A stretch of 64,000 nt of DNA from NCBI RefSeq assembly GCF_009914755.1, contig NC_060944.1; one strand, 5' to 3'. Below are positions 23,190 to 40,250 of this stretch, in pieces. The stretch comes from the human T2T-CHM13v2.0 reference genome, Homo sapiens. A program made the translations under genes and the position numbers. Below the pieces are notes generated by a model. That model searched no databases. It saw nothing but the letters and a program-made list of their open reading frames with translations, and was not told where the DNA came from. How positions within the stretch are numbered: the stretch's first letter is position 1; each line of letters begins with the position of its first letter.

Positions 23190-25200
23190 TCTTGTCCTAG
23201 AATTCTGGGAATGGCTGCAGACAAAACAAACACTGAGCAGACGAAATTCCCAGTAATTTACTCGTCACACATACTCAGCCAGGGGGATGACACTGCATTT
23301 ATGCAGGTCTACCCAGGGTTGCACTCTGGAACAGAGGGTGTGGGAGGCAGGCTTGGTGGAAATCAGAGGGTGGGGTAACCCCTGGTCCCTTCAGGGATGT
23401 GCTTGACTAATTCAGAGTTTTGCAGTCTGGTGGGGGCATGAAAGCCATTAGGCTGAGGACATGGTGGGGTGCTGCATGAAATTTTAGGTGTCACAATACA
23501 ATTGACCCCTGATGCTTTAACATCAGACATTTATTTTCATGATGACTAATATTATGAGAGGCTGACAGAAAGCTGCTGAGACATTGTAATAAGTGCTTAG
23601 GGACATGAGAAATTAGGAAGGCCACAGTTATGAATAATGTAATGTGGAAACCGATGCAAATCTACTGCCCCCATTTATTTAGCAGGAGGCAGGAAAAGTG
23701 ATCTGGGGTCTCTGGCAGCACAAGCCTGTTCGTAAATATTTGGGTGACGTCATGCATTCCCCATGCATTGGTTTAGAGATCTGGGGTCTCTGGCAGCACA
23801 AGCGTGTTCATAAATATTTGGGTGACGTCATGCATCCCCCATGCATTGGTTTTCATGTCTCCAGTGAGTTGCTGGGCAAGTCTGATATTACTGATCCACA
23901 CGCAGCAGGCAGCTTCCTGTACGGAGCTACCTCCACCCCTTGGACAGTCCGGGACTGAATGGTTGTCAAAAATGTGAACTCCTTGATGTCCAGTAAAGGC
24001 AACTGAGGGAACTGTGTAGCATTGGTGTAAAAAGTGCACTTTCCTAAGAAGCATGAACTTAAGAGTAATCAAAGCCTGTGGCAACAGTGGAACCCAGCAG
24101 GGCATCCACTTGCTGCTTTGTAACTTAAATAGGAATTCTTTGAGGAGCTCAGTCTATCTCTCAACTAAAGCAGCTGCCTGCAGCCTGTAGGGGCAGTAGA
24201 AGCCCTACTGGACACTTTCACAAGCCTAGCACTGTGTTTTCTGATGAAATGTTGCCTTGGTCACCATCAGTAGTGTCTGGAACTCTCTGCAGGGGATAAG
24301 GAGTGTCCCTGTGAGATCCGTACTGTGTCCTTGGTTAAAAAAAGGCATCTGTTACCTTGACTGTATTCTGAGTATCCATGAGGCAAGAAGTTTCTTTAAT
24401 TCAATGGGAAGGGAAGGTGGACAATTCTTGGCAATTGCCAAAAATTTGTAAAAATGTACAAATGGGGCTAATTGTTGGCCTAGCATCAGTGCTGAGATGA
24501 CCACCTCAAGTTTGGCCAGTTGTGCTGAGGCTTTTGTGTTATCCTTTATCAGGGACATCCTAGCTAAGCGAGGGAAGACAGCAGCATCCCACTGTGCTCC
24601 ATCACGTCAGATGATGGCATCCATTCAGAAGGTGGACAAACTTCACTGCTGGTCACTCAGTCGATCCCAAAGGGCCTCGGAGATGGCTGACTTCCAGCAA
24701 CACAGACTGAGGATGAAGGAGGCCAGTGTTTCCTGCAGATGAGAATGGCAGGGGGTCCAGGTTTGACTCCATCCTGACGCAAGGAGGTCTCTGCAGCTGT
24801 GCCAAGGCTGTGGGGTGCTTCTTCCCAAGGCCTGATGACCAGATGGGCATGAAGGCTCGTGGACATGGATGCAGAGCGCTCTGTTTCCAGAGGGTCCAAC
24901 ATGTGGTCAGCAATCACTGCCCTGATGCTGTACAGAACAGGGTCAAAAGGGGCAGTTTTTTTTTTTTACATCAGAAGCCCATGGACTACTTATGGCCACC
25001 ATATGCAACCCAGATACTTCAGGAGGCATAGGAAGAGGTTGCTAAAGCGTCCACAGTGTGTTCTCTGAGGGAATTCATAGGAGCACCTGTTAATTTAAAT
25101 TCGGACAGATTCCAGACTTGTTGGAGGAGGCTTCATTCAAGGTGGGTCAGTTTGCCAATGACAGCATCAGTGAGATTAAGTAAGATTTGTAAATAAGAAA
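23190..25200 (-). mobile_element. Ancient ERVL-class remnant (LTR plus internal pol fragment, MER70-like)
   Basis: LTR-like block ~23190-23500; minus-strand peptide KDNTKASAQLAKLEVVISAL resembles the retroviral RNase H SAQxAEL motif. Confidence 0.5.
23700..23852 (+). repeat. 78-bp tandem duplication, each copy with a full CRE (TGACGTCA)
   Basis: Copies at 23700 and 23778; CRE at 23745-23752 and 23823-23830. Confidence 0.95.
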
Positions 25201-25236
25201 TATATTGTCACCTGAACCCCAAGTAAAGAATTAAAG

Positions 25237-25535
<299 letters not shown>

Positions 25536-25994
25536 TTAAAGAATATTAGGCTTGTATTAACATTTTAGACGCTGAGAGGATGAATAACTATTTTTTGAAA
25601 GTCTCAGGAATAGGGCAGCCCCATATTTACCAAGGAATTTTCAGGAATTGAAGCAAAGTGGCAGGGCCTTGCACTACTGTGTTGGGAAAGGTCCATTCCC
25701 TTTGTGTAAGCCTCCTTGTATCTGTGTGTCCTTAGTTTGTAAAATGAATTTTCTCTGAGAATGATGTCATCAGTATAATATCACACCTGTGCTCCTGTAG
25801 AAAGGTGGTTGCAGTGAGATCTTGTCTGTGAAGATTGCATGCAATGACGCGGCTGCCAAGGCACTCCGTGGGTCGCCTGGTCCCTTCAGAGATGAAGGCA
25901 GACTATGACTGAGACTCTGTTAAAATAGGCACAAAAATAACATGGTAGCCAAATCTGTAACAACAAAATATTTTATCAGTTGCATGAATATATA

Positions 25995-26415
25995 TAGGTT
26001 TATTGTAAGGAATTGGCTCATGTGGTTATGGAGGCTAAGAAGTCCCAGGACCTGCAGTCAGCAAGCTGGAGAACTAGGACTGCCAATGTTGGAGTTCCAG
26101 TACAAGCCTAACGTCCGAGAATCAGGAAAGCTGATGGCATAAGTTACAGTCCACGTCTGACTTCAAAGGCGAGAGAAGATCTACGTCTCAGCTCTGAAAT
26201 AATCAAAGAGAGTGAATTCTCTCTTCCTCTACCCTTGTGTTTTATTTGGGATTTAATGGATTGGATGAGGCCCACTCACACTGGGGAGGGTAACTACTTT
26301 ACTAAGTCTACATATTCAAATGTTTGTCTCATCAAGGAACACCCTCACAGACACATCCAGAGTGTTTAACCAAATATCTAGGCAACCCAACTTGGCAAAT
26401 AAAATTAACCATCAT
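25995..26415 (-). mobile_element. MLT2 (ERVL) LTR
   Basis: aaggaattggctcatgtggttatggaggct...aaaattaaccatca. Confidence 0.82.
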
Positions 26416-26444
26416 AAGGTGAAAGAGGTACACGATCTGAAGAG

Positions 26445-29008
26445 AAACCAGGGATGCAGGATGGTTAAACATCTGCAAGTCAATAAATGTGATACACCGT
26501 AAAAACAGAATTAAAAACAAAAATCACATGATCCTCTCAATACATGCAGAAAAAGGATTTGACAAAATCCATCATCCCTTTATGCCTAAAACCCTCAGCA
26601 AAATTGACATAGAAAAAGCATTTGACAAAATCCAGAATCCCTTTATGATTAAAACCCTCAGCAAAATCAACATCGAAGGGACATACCTTAAGGTAATAAA
26701 AGCCATATATGACAAACACACAGCCAACATTATGTGGAATGGGGAAAAGTTGAATGCATTCCCCCTGAGAACTGGAACAAGACAATGATGCCAACTTTCA
26801 CCACTTCTATTCAACATAGTACTAGAAGTCCTCGCCAGAGCAATCAAATAAGAGAAATAAAGGGCATCCAAATAGGTAAAGAGGAAGTCGAACTGTCACT
26901 CTTTGCTGATGACATGATCGTATACCTAGAAAACCCTAAAGACTCATCCCAAAAGCTACTAGAACTGGTAAATGATTTCAGCAAAGTTTCAGGATAAAAA
27001 ATTAATGTACACAAGTCAGTGGCTCTGCTATACAGTAATAGTGAACAAGCTGAGAATTAAATAAAAAACCCACTCTCTTTTACAATAGCTGCAATAAAAC
27101 CCTTAGGAATATTATAATTCCTATAATTATAATAGTATATTCCTATAATTGTCAATTGCAGGCAATCTTTGCAGACCACATCTTAATTATATCCAGAATA
27201 CTTAACCAAAGAGACAAAAGACCTCTACAAGGAAAACTACAAAACACTGCTGATAGAAATCATAGATACAAACAAATGGAAACACATCCCATGCTCACGG
27301 ATGGGTAACATCAATATTGTGAAAATACCATACTGCCAAAAGCAATCTACAAACTCAATGCAATCCCCATTAAAGTACCAACATCAGTCTTCACAGAACT
27401 ACAAAAATTCACACAGAACTAAAAAAGACATAGAAGGGACATACCTTAAGGTAGTAAAAGCCTAGAACCAAAAAAGAGTCTGTATAGCCAAAGCAAGACT
27501 AAGCAAAAATAACAAATCTAGAAGCTGACTTCAAACTACACTAGAAGGCCATAGTCACCAAAACAGCATGGTACTGGTATAAAAATAGCCATAAAGATCA
27601 ATGGAACATAATAGAGAACACAGAAGTAAAGCCAAATACTTACAGTCATCTAATCTTCAACAAAACAAACAAAAACATAAAGCAGAGAAAGAATACCCTA
27701 TTCAACAAATGGTGCTGAGATAAATGGCAAGCCACACATAGAAGAATGAAAGTGGATGCTCATTTCTCACCCTATTCGAAAATCAACTCAAGATGGATCA
27801 AGGACTTAAATCTAATACCTGAAACCATAAAAATTCTAGAAGACGACATTGGAAAAAACCTTCTAGACATTGGCTTAGGCAAAGACTTCATGACCAATAA
27901 TCCAAAAAGCAAATGCAACTAAAACAAAGATAAATAGATGAGACTTAATTAAACTAAAAGACTTCTGCGCAGTAAGAGAAATAATCAGCAGAGTAAACAG
28001 ATAACCTACAGAGTGGGAGAAAATCTTCGCAATCTGTACTTCTGATTAAAGGACTAATACCCAGAATCTGCAGGAACTCAAACAAACCAGCAAGAAAAAC
28101 ATCCCATCAAAAAGTGGGCTATGGACATGAACAGACAATTCTCAAAAGAAGATAAGCAACTGGCCAACAAACACATGAAAAAATGCTCAGCATAACTAAT
28201 TATCAGGGAAATGCAAATCAAAACCACAATACAATATGACATCCCTTCACTCCTGCAAGAATGGTCATAATCAAAAAATCAAAAACTAATAGATGTTGAC
28301 ATGGATGTGGTAAAAAGGGAACACTTTTACACTTTTTGGAGGGAATGTAAACTAGTACAACAGCTATGGAAAACAGTGAGGAGATTTCCAAAGAAGTAAA
28401 AGCAGATCTATCATTTGATCCAGTAATTCCACTCCTGGGTATCTACTCAGAGGAAAATAAGTCATTATATTAAAAAGATACTTGCACACACATGTTCATA
28501 GCAGCACAATATGCAATTAGAAGAATTTGAAGTCAGCCTAAATGCCCATTAATCAGTAAGTGGATAAAGAAAATGTGGTATAAATATTTACCACATGAAA
28601 TACTACTCAGCCATAAGATGGAATGAAATAATGCATTCACAGCCACTTGGATGAAACTGGACACCATTATTCTAAGTGAAGCAACTTAGGAATGGAAAAC
28701 CAAACATTGTATGTTCTCATTCATAAGTGAGAGCTAAGCTATGAGGATGCAAAGGCATAAGAATGATACAATGGTCTTCGGGGACTCAGGGAAAGGCTGG
28801 GAGTGGTGGGGTGGGTGCGGTGAGGGATAAAACACTACACAATGAGTACAGTGTACACTGCTTGGGTAATGCGTGCACCACTAATCTCAGAAATCGCCAC
28901 TAAATAACTTATTCCTGTAACCAAAAACCACCTGTTTCCCAAAAACCTATTGAAATAAAAAGAAAACCAACATATTCCCCAAAAACCTATTGAAATAAAA
29001 AAAAAAAT
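26445..29008 (+). mobile_element. L1PB-type element (RT region to 3' end)
   Basis: ORF2 [12 protein letters not shown] motif; L1PB1-like 3'UTR gctaagctatgaggatgcaaaggcataagaatgatac; A tail. Confidence 0.9.
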
Positions 29009-29264
29009 TAACCACAATATTAGGCATTGGGTATGAGGGCCTGAATGGATGGGATCACTGCAGTCACATTACAGTAATCCACTGTGAAACACTATTTATT
29101 ATTTGCAGGTTTAAGAACAGGACAAATTCTACTGCTAAACGTTGAAGCAATGAGGATTATCACCCCTTCACTAATTAAATAGGTATTATATAGTAAGTTT
29201 TATTTATTTGAAGTCATGTTGTAATTTATGTTGGATCATATTTGATAATTTATCAAGATGGGGA

Positions 29265-29586
29265 GGCTAGGCACGGTGGCTCACACCTGTAATCCCAGAA
29301 CTTTGGGAGGCCGAGGCAGGAGGATTGCTTGAGGCCAGAAGTTAGAGACCAGCCTAGGCAACATAGCAAGACTCCACTTCTATAATTTTTTTTAACTGGC
29401 TGTGCTGGTGCATGCCTGTAATCCCAGCTACTTGGAAGGCTAAAATGGGAGGATTGCTTGAGCCCAGGAGTTCAAGGCAGCAGTGAGCTATGATTGTGCC
29501 ACCGCACTTGATTCAGCCTGGGTAATGGAGCAAGACCCCATCTCTAAAAAAAATGAAAAATTAAAAATAAATCAAATAAAAAAAAA
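29265..29586 (+). mobile_element. Alu (J-like)
   Basis: Alu dimer with A tail. Confidence 0.92.
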
Positions 29587-30058
29587 CAGGAGAGGGAGTT
29601 CTGTAAGGTTACATTTGGTGAAGTCAATGTGTAAGCTCAAATGATTTAATATCAATTTGTTACTCATTAGGTAAGAGCATCCATGTCCCCTACGGACAAA
29701 GGCTTCTATGACTACGGGAAATTTAGTCAAGGTAACAAATGTGAGGCATAACTATGTGTCCTCTATTCTAGATGCAGTTACTCTGCTAGGATTAGGGGAT
29801 GCAATGTTTAAATTTAGTGAAATCACAGGTATAACAAAGTTTGAGCTCCAGTATTTATTAAGTTTGTGAAGGTATGCCAATTGGTAGATTTCAGCAGATG
29901 TTAAAATTGATTCGAATATATGCTGGAGAGTTACAAATACCAATCAGCATCCTTTTACCTTTGGACTGTATAAGTTATTTTAGAAAATAGTACATTTCCA
30001 ATTAGGTCAGATGATAGACTTCCGTTTTAATTTAAATTTTGTTTTTGTGCATATCCAA

Positions 30059-30420
30059 GTTCCTTCCCTTCCTTCCTTCCTTCCCTCCTTCCTTCCTTCC
30101 ATCTTTCCTTCCTTCCTTCCCTCTTTCCTTCCTTCATTCCTTCCCTCTTTCCTTCCTTTTCTTCCTTCCCTCCTTACTTCCCTCTCTCCTTCCTCCCTTC
30201 CCTCCCTCCCTCCCTCCTTCCTTCCCTCTCTCCTTCCTTCTTTCCTTCCTTCCTTCCTGTCCTCCTTCCCTCTCTCCTTCCTTCATTCCTTCCTTCCCTC
30301 TCCTTCCTTCCTTCCTTCCATCCCTACCTCCCTCCTTCCCTTCCTTCCTTCCCTCTCTCCTTCCTTCCCTCCTTTCTTCCCTCTCTCCTTCCTTCCCTCC
30401 TTCCTTCCTTCTCTCTCTCT
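30059..30420. repeat. (TTCC)n/(CCCT)n polypyrimidine microsatellite
   Basis: About 360 bp of almost pure C/T. Confidence 0.97.
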
Positions 30421-31287
30421 CATTTTTTTTGCCACTGGATATGGGGAAGGTTGTTCTCTTTCCCACTCATATTTATAATTTCTTTCTTTGAAACAGCCCC
30501 AAATCAGTATCTTCAGAGTTAAGGTCCTCCTTGTGAGCAGATTGTGTGGCTTAAGAACCCTAGACTTAAGTCAGGTTTGGATTTCTCCCTTCTCTCTGCC
30601 TCAGGGGTACCACAGGTGTCTTTTCCTATAACCCTGGGAATTAGATCTTTGTTGTGGCAGAATCATAAGTCACAGAGCGATGCAGCACAACCAGCCCACA
30701 ATTCAGGGGTCAGTGGATTGAAATCACCTTCTGCTACGCCTCCATCTGGTTCTTCCAGGACTTCCCTCCCCCCCTTTTTTTTCCTTTTGTGGTATTGAAA
30801 CTTTAGTGGTATACACATTGCCTCATAATTAGTAAAAACTCCCCTTATCCCACATCATGGATTAAAGAGAACATTGCCAGGAGCCCTTCACTCTTCTAGA
30901 AGGACTTTATTTGACAGGTAATTTTTCCATGGTTTAGAATAAAAGAGGTAATAACTAGAAATATCTCCCACATAATAGGCTCTACAGCAAATTCTACTTT
31001 AAAGGCTGTTGTTCATGTCTTTAACTGTGGCTGCCCTTAATGTTTTTGTCATCCACAGACAATTGTCTCATTTTGGTCCTCTTTAAATGATGGTTTTATA
31101 ATCAGCTATAAAATTTAACAGATGCCCTTAAATGCAGGATTCTGATTAATAACGCTGGAGATTGTGACATTACAATAGAGGGAAAACTTTCAAATAGAAG
31201 AGTGAATGATGTTTGGGCTACTTTGGACTGTATTTTTCTAAATGTTATTAATATGTGTTCCAAAATTATTGGAAACTTCTATAGAAA

Positions 31288-31690
31288 TGTAATCTCCAGT
31301 GTCGGAGATAGGGCCTGCTGGGAGGTGGCTGGTGCATGGGAGCAGTTTCCAGTGGTTCCCAGTGTTGGAGATGGGGCCTGCTGGAAGGTAGCTGGTCCAT
31401 GGGAGCAGCCTCCAGTGGTTCCCACTTTCGGAGATGGGGCCTGCTGCGAGGTGGCTGGTCCATGGGAGCACTTTCTAATAGATAAGCATAATTACCCTAG
31501 CGCTGCTCTTGTGATAGAGTTCTCATGAGATCTTGTTGTTTAAAGTGTGTAGGACCTTCCCCCTCTCTCTCTTCCTCCTGCTCTTGCTTTCCCTTCCAAC
31601 ATGATTATGAAGTCTCCTGAGGCCTCCGCAGAAGCTGAGCAGATGTCAGCATCATGCTTGCTGTACAGGCTGTGGAACTGTGAGCCAATT
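31288..31690 (+). mobile_element. MaLR LTR (MST-like) with an internal 63-bp near-triplication
   Basis: tgtaatctccagtgt...ggagatggggcctg unit at 31304, 31367 and 31430; ends gaactgtgagccaatt. Confidence 0.8.
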
Positions 31691-31711
31691 TTCAGTACTC
31701 TTGTTATCTTT

Positions 31712-32401
31712 TTATTTTTTAAAATTTTATTTTAAGTTCCAGGATACATGTGCAGGACATGCAGGTTTGTTACATAGGTAAACGTGCACTATGATGATTT
31801 GCTGTACCTATCAACCCACAGCCTAGGTGCCTAGGTATTAAGCCCCACATGCGTTAGCTATTTATCCTGATGCTCTTCTTCCCCATCCCCAGTGACAGGC
31901 CCCAGTGTGTGTTGTTCCCCTCCCTGTGTCCAGGTGTTCTCATTATTCAGCTCCCACTTATGAGTGAGAACATGTGGTGTTTGGTCTTCTGTTCCTGTAT
32001 TAGTTTGCTGAAGATGATGGTTTCCAGATTCATTCATGTCCCTGCAAAAGACATGATCTCATTCCTTTTTATGGCTGCATAGTACTCCATGGTGTGTATG
32101 TACCACATTTTCTTTATCCAGTCTATCACTGATGGGCATTTGGATTGATTCCTTGTTTTTGCTAATGGGAATAGTGCTGCTATAAACATACGCGTGCATG
32201 CATCTTTATAATAAAATGATTTATAGTCCTTTGGATATATACCCAGTAATGGGATTTCTGGGTCAAATGGTATTTCTGGTTCTAGATCTTTGCAGAATTG
32301 CCAAACTGTCTTCCACAATGATTGAAGAAATTAACATTCCTACCAACAGTGCAAAAGTGTTTATTTCTCCACAGCCTTGCCAGCATCTGTTGTTTCTTGA
32401 C
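31712..32401 (-). mobile_element. Older L1PA 3' end
   Basis: Antisense L1 3'UTR and ORF2 C-terminus (WIKKMWYIHTMEYYAA). Confidence 0.9.
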
Positions 32402-35895
<3,494 letters not shown>

Positions 35896-37210
35896 TCTAT
35901 CTTGTATTTGATGATGAAAATCTGTTATTGACAGTCACCCGGCCTGTTTCTTGTGTTTTATGATGAAAATCTGTTATTGACAGTAAGAGCATGGGGGCTT
36001 AGGTTAACAACAAGGTGTGAGAAAAGCATCAGTGAAATTTTGGTTCTCAAAACATTTGATGTCTTATTCCTTTTTTTGAACATGGGTAATGCTAAAAAAA
36101 GCCAGCCATTTTGAAACTTGATTTTATTGTCATGTTCTCATTTTGAAATTCATCTTATTGTTTGTACGAATTGGCAGCCGTATGTGGGAAATTTCAGTTT
36201 TGCATATTTTCAGATTATTTTCATTTTTACATCAGAGATTTTGAACAGATGCTATACAAAAGTATTCATTTATTTATTCAACAAAATTTAGTGCTGGTTA
36301 TGTTGCAAGCAGTTAGTGAACTTCATGCTGTACGTGCCTGAGATACTTTCGTGAATGTAATGGCAACATCAAAAACTTTGCCCTTATGCATCTTATAAAC
36401 CTTTAATTTCAAGGCATGTTGATAAGTGAACATCTGCTATAACATACTTTCATTGTCATTTAATTAACCATTATTTGGGTATACCTTATATTAAAGCTGA
36501 TTATTAAAAACTGGAAAATATTTAACACATCTTTATCTTGCCTTTTTCCTTAACATATGTAGATCAAGGGAGTCGCTGAGAATCAATTTTAAGGATAGTT
36601 ATAAAAATCTTAACTTTGCAACTATAACTTTGTCCTCAATGTAATAACTGGAAAAAATAATTTACGTTTCAAAGGCTTTAATCTTTGTATTTTTTTGAAA
36701 AGGAGCCTTCACCGAGATTCTTTAAAAATTCTTGCTCTGTCCTACAGTAGGAACCGATAGACTCATGGATATGGTCCTCTAATGGATCGGTACCACCTCA
36801 GCTCTCTGATTGTTGCCCTCCTGTGGTGAAAATTAAAGTTTATTTTCATTTCATGTCTAGGACGTAGTATGTTCTTGTTTGGAAAAAATGATGTTTCTTG
36901 AGAAATAAGTGCCTTCAGTATCACTGTGTGTCACTTAATAAATATGACTAATATCTACTTTTACCAATTGCTGCAATTTGATCCTTAAACAGCCATCTTT
37001 AAATTATACTTTTTCTTTGGTTAAAGAAAAGTAATTACAATAGACATTAATTATTTTTACATAATTTTCTTATGTGGACACCCATTCTTAGAACTAAAAC
37101 TTTCAGATGTTTATATTACAAGTACAATTATTGTTTATTATTATTAATGTCAGTAGCCAAATGTAATCAACTCTCTTCCTTTTACTTCCTTTTTTGAATC
37201 AACATGTCAC

Positions 37211-37466
37211 ACTTATACAAGCAAGAGCAACAGCTCTATATCTGGATCACTGCAGTGCCTAGAAGATACAACAGCACAATTTACAAATCCAAATTTCCAG
37301 GAAGTCTCTGCACATACCTCTAGTACAAAAGATGTTTCAGAGACTAGAGGGTCAGAGGGCAAAGAGAGGAAATATTCAACTCCCAGTTCAGGTCAAAAGG
37401 GAAGAAAGCCTGGTGTTGAAACAAATCCAAGAATGACTGTGTCTGCAACTCGCTCCTTTCTGTAAA
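37211..37466 (+). pseudogene. MLLT10P: MLLT10 (AF10) unprocessed single-exon fragment
   Basis: Translates TYTSKSNSSISGSLQCLEDTTAQFTNPNFQEVSAHTSSTKDVSETRGSEGK..., matching AF10; preceded by a pyrimidine tract ending AC instead of AG, followed by GTATT; TAA at the exon end. Confidence 0.88.
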
Positions 37467-37952
37467 GTATTCATGGTGTTTTACTTAAAATATTTGCTCT
37501 TATGATGGTCAATAATATTAATAGTTATGCTTTGTAAAAGAATTTATTCTTTACTTATAATTAATGGATCATTCTAAGTTATTATATGTTTAGTTGGTAT
37601 AGTAAGATGATGTGAAAGATTTGTTGCCTGTTAAATGTTTCTGGGATCTTTGCTTTATTTTTATATTATGATCTGTGCTTCCAAAGTTGAGCTGTAATTT
37701 TATTATTTATACAAATGTAGAATAAACCTTAAGTTCGGGGAGAAAAATAAAAGCTAGAGTTTTCCTTTCAGCTATAGAACAGTCATTTATTTCTATAAAT
37801 GTTCTTTATGTAGCTTTCCTATTTCCACATTTAAAAAGATAAATACGGGGATCTACACAGGTCTCAGTAAATAATAGTTCTTGATTAATAATACATTTAT
37901 GATAAAGCTTGAAGCTTAAAATAGAATTTTGCTCAGCTCATATCTTTTATGG

Positions 37953-38129
37953 TCAGGCTACTATAATTATGTAATACCCAGTTAAATTTCAATTTCAGAT
38001 AAACAAGGAATAATATTTTAGTATACGTATGTCCCAAATATTGCATGGGATATACTTACACTGAAAAAAGTATTTGTTTATCTGAAATTTCAAATTAACG
38101 GGGCATGCTATATTTTCTGTGGCAACCTG
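37953..38129. mobile_element. MER53 palindromic DNA element
   Basis: cccagttaaatttcaatttcagataaacaa...gtcccaaatattgcatgggatatac...ttgtttatctgaaatttcaaattaac. Confidence 0.8.
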
Positions 38130-38224
38130 CTTTATAGTGAACAGAGTAAGTCAGCTGAATTTTAGAATACTTAACCCTAACCTGGTGTTCTAGGTCTTTC
38201 CTTTTTGTAATTATTATTATTATT

Positions 38225-38730
38225 TGGAGTCAGGGTCATGCTCCATCACTCAGGCTGGAGTGCAGTGGCACAATCACAATGCCCTGCAGCCTTGAGCTTC
38301 TGGGCTCAAGTGATTCTGGCACCTCTGCCTTTGCCTCCCAAGTATTTGTACCACAGGTACGTGGGCCCAGCTAATTTTTTTTTTTTTTTTTTTCTCATAG
38401 AGACAGGGTCTCAGGCTGGTCTGGAACTCCTGGGCTCAAGCAATCCTCCCACCTCTGCCTTCACTTCCCAAATAGCTGAGACCACAGGCACACGCCACCA
38501 CCATACCCAGCTTATTTTTTTTATCAGTTTGGTGCAAGAGTAATTGTGGGTTTTGCTATTGAAAGTAATGGAAAAACCCATAATTACTTTTTGCACCGCC
38601 CTAATAATTTTTTGTGGAGACAGGGTCTTGCCCTGTTGTCTAGGCTGGTTTCCAACTCCTGGGCTTGAGTGACCCTCCTGCCTAGGCCTCTAAAAGTTCT
38701 GGGATTACAGATGGGAGCCACTGCACCAAG
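38225..38730 (-). mobile_element. Composite antisense Alu with a duplicated segment
   Basis: Right-arm/left-arm junction occurs twice; MADE1 lies in the second linker. Confidence 0.8.
38524..38604. mobile_element. MADE1 MITE (Hsmar1-derived)
   Basis: ttggtgcaagagtaattg...taattactttttgcacc inverted termini, ~80 bp, flanked by TA. Confidence 0.88.
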
Positions 38731-40089
38731 TTAATTTGTATAATTTTTAACATAAACATAAATATTTTGAGAAATAGAAATGTTAAAACCATTAGAGGAA
38801 AATATATTGTAAAGTATACAATAGAAAAAAAATCAAACAAAATACAACAAATACAACAAAAAAAATCAAAATTTTCAGAGGAACAAAACAAAATCTAGTT
38901 TTACAATCTTCAGAATTCAATCCCATTATATCAAAAATATAAAGAAACACATTCAAAGAAAAAGGCAATCAATAGAGACTGACCTCGAGATGACGCAGAT
39001 GTTGGAATTAGTGTGGATTTTTAAAGTAGTTATTGTAATTCTTACTAAAATCAAAACCCCAAAAACCCGTAAAATAAATGGATAGGAAATCACAGCAGAG
39101 AAGAAGAAACTACAATAATAACAAAGGCTAAAGTGGAAATTCTAGAAGTGAGAAAGTTTTCAAAATTAAAAAATAACAATCAGTTGTGTTCAGGAGCAGC
39201 TTGGAGGTGGTAAAGAGTCAATGAACCTTAAAATACAATTGAAATGATTCAATCTGAAAAATGTGAGCAGTCATAAGTTGGGGTGAGGGAGCTTTTCCTT
39301 TGATTAGTGCTTTTAGGTAGTCTTGGTTTTGATAAGATTACTAGACTGATCCGTCAGGGGCATGCTAAGCAGAGTTTATCTTGGTTTCAGTAGTGCTTTA
39401 AGCAAAACTCATGATATTCTTGTGTACAAGATGAAAGAAGAGTGGACCAGATGACAATATTTAGATGAAGTCATTCTTAACCTCCGTTGCTCTCCCAGTG
39501 GTCTAGCTGGGGTTTGTATAAAGTGGAATGGGAGGAATGGGGAAGAAGCCCCCACCTACCCTTTCCCCTTGTCCACTTGTCCTCCTCCACTAGTGGATAA
39601 AGTCCACGGGAACAGGCAAGTTATTTTAAATCTGTATCTTCTGTTGTCAAGATCTGTAATCAGTTCTGCTCGCTGGACTGGGGACAGAAACCAAGGGAAC
39701 ATGAGGGTGAACGGGTTGACATGGAGTCCAGGAACACACTGTGCCTACGTGCAGAATGTTTGTGCCACGAAGCCAGTCAGCAGGCAGATGGTCTCAGATA
39801 GCAAGCTAGTGTTGGGAAGCAAGATTCAGTCTCTTGAAGGCGGTGTTCCTCATTCTGTGGTTTGTATCACTTGCTTCAGAATGACCTAGAGTACTTGTTA
39901 AAATGCAAATTTTGAGCCCAATCCTAGACCTCCTAAGCCTGTATCTCTACGGATGGGTCTCAGTAGTCGATATTGGAAACGTGCAGGTCCCTAGGAGATG
40001 CTTATGCATATAGATTTGAACTGTTGTGTTTAAGGGTTAGGGAGCTGGCAAAAGCAAGAAATAGGCCAAGCCCTTGGGTGGGAAGGCTC

Positions 40090-40250
40090 CATAACCTTGG
40101 CACTGTTAGCATTCTGGTTGGAACAGGATTCTGCCACGTGTTTCGCAGCATCCCTAGCCTCTACTCTCTAACCCCGTATTCCAGTTGGGAAAACCAAAAA
40201 TGTCCCCTGGGAGGCAAAATAGTCACCAGTTGGGAACTGGAACCACTGCT
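40090..40250. mobile_element. MER20-like hAT fragment
   Basis: gcagcatccctagcctctac...aaccaaaaatgtcccctgggaggcaaaat...gaaccactg. Confidence 0.7.

Noticed and set aside
23773-25068. Cluster of short ORFs as a cellular-gene pseudogene
   Set aside because: No recognisable host gene; an RNase H-like motif and a neighbouring LTR-like block favour an ERV remnant
30011-30491. 150-aa PSFL-repeat ORFs
   Set aside because: Translation of the (TTCC)n microsatellite
36812-36828. CTCF-like motif (minus strand caccacaggagggcaac)
   Set aside because: Single imperfect match; cannot be scored without a PWM or ChIP data
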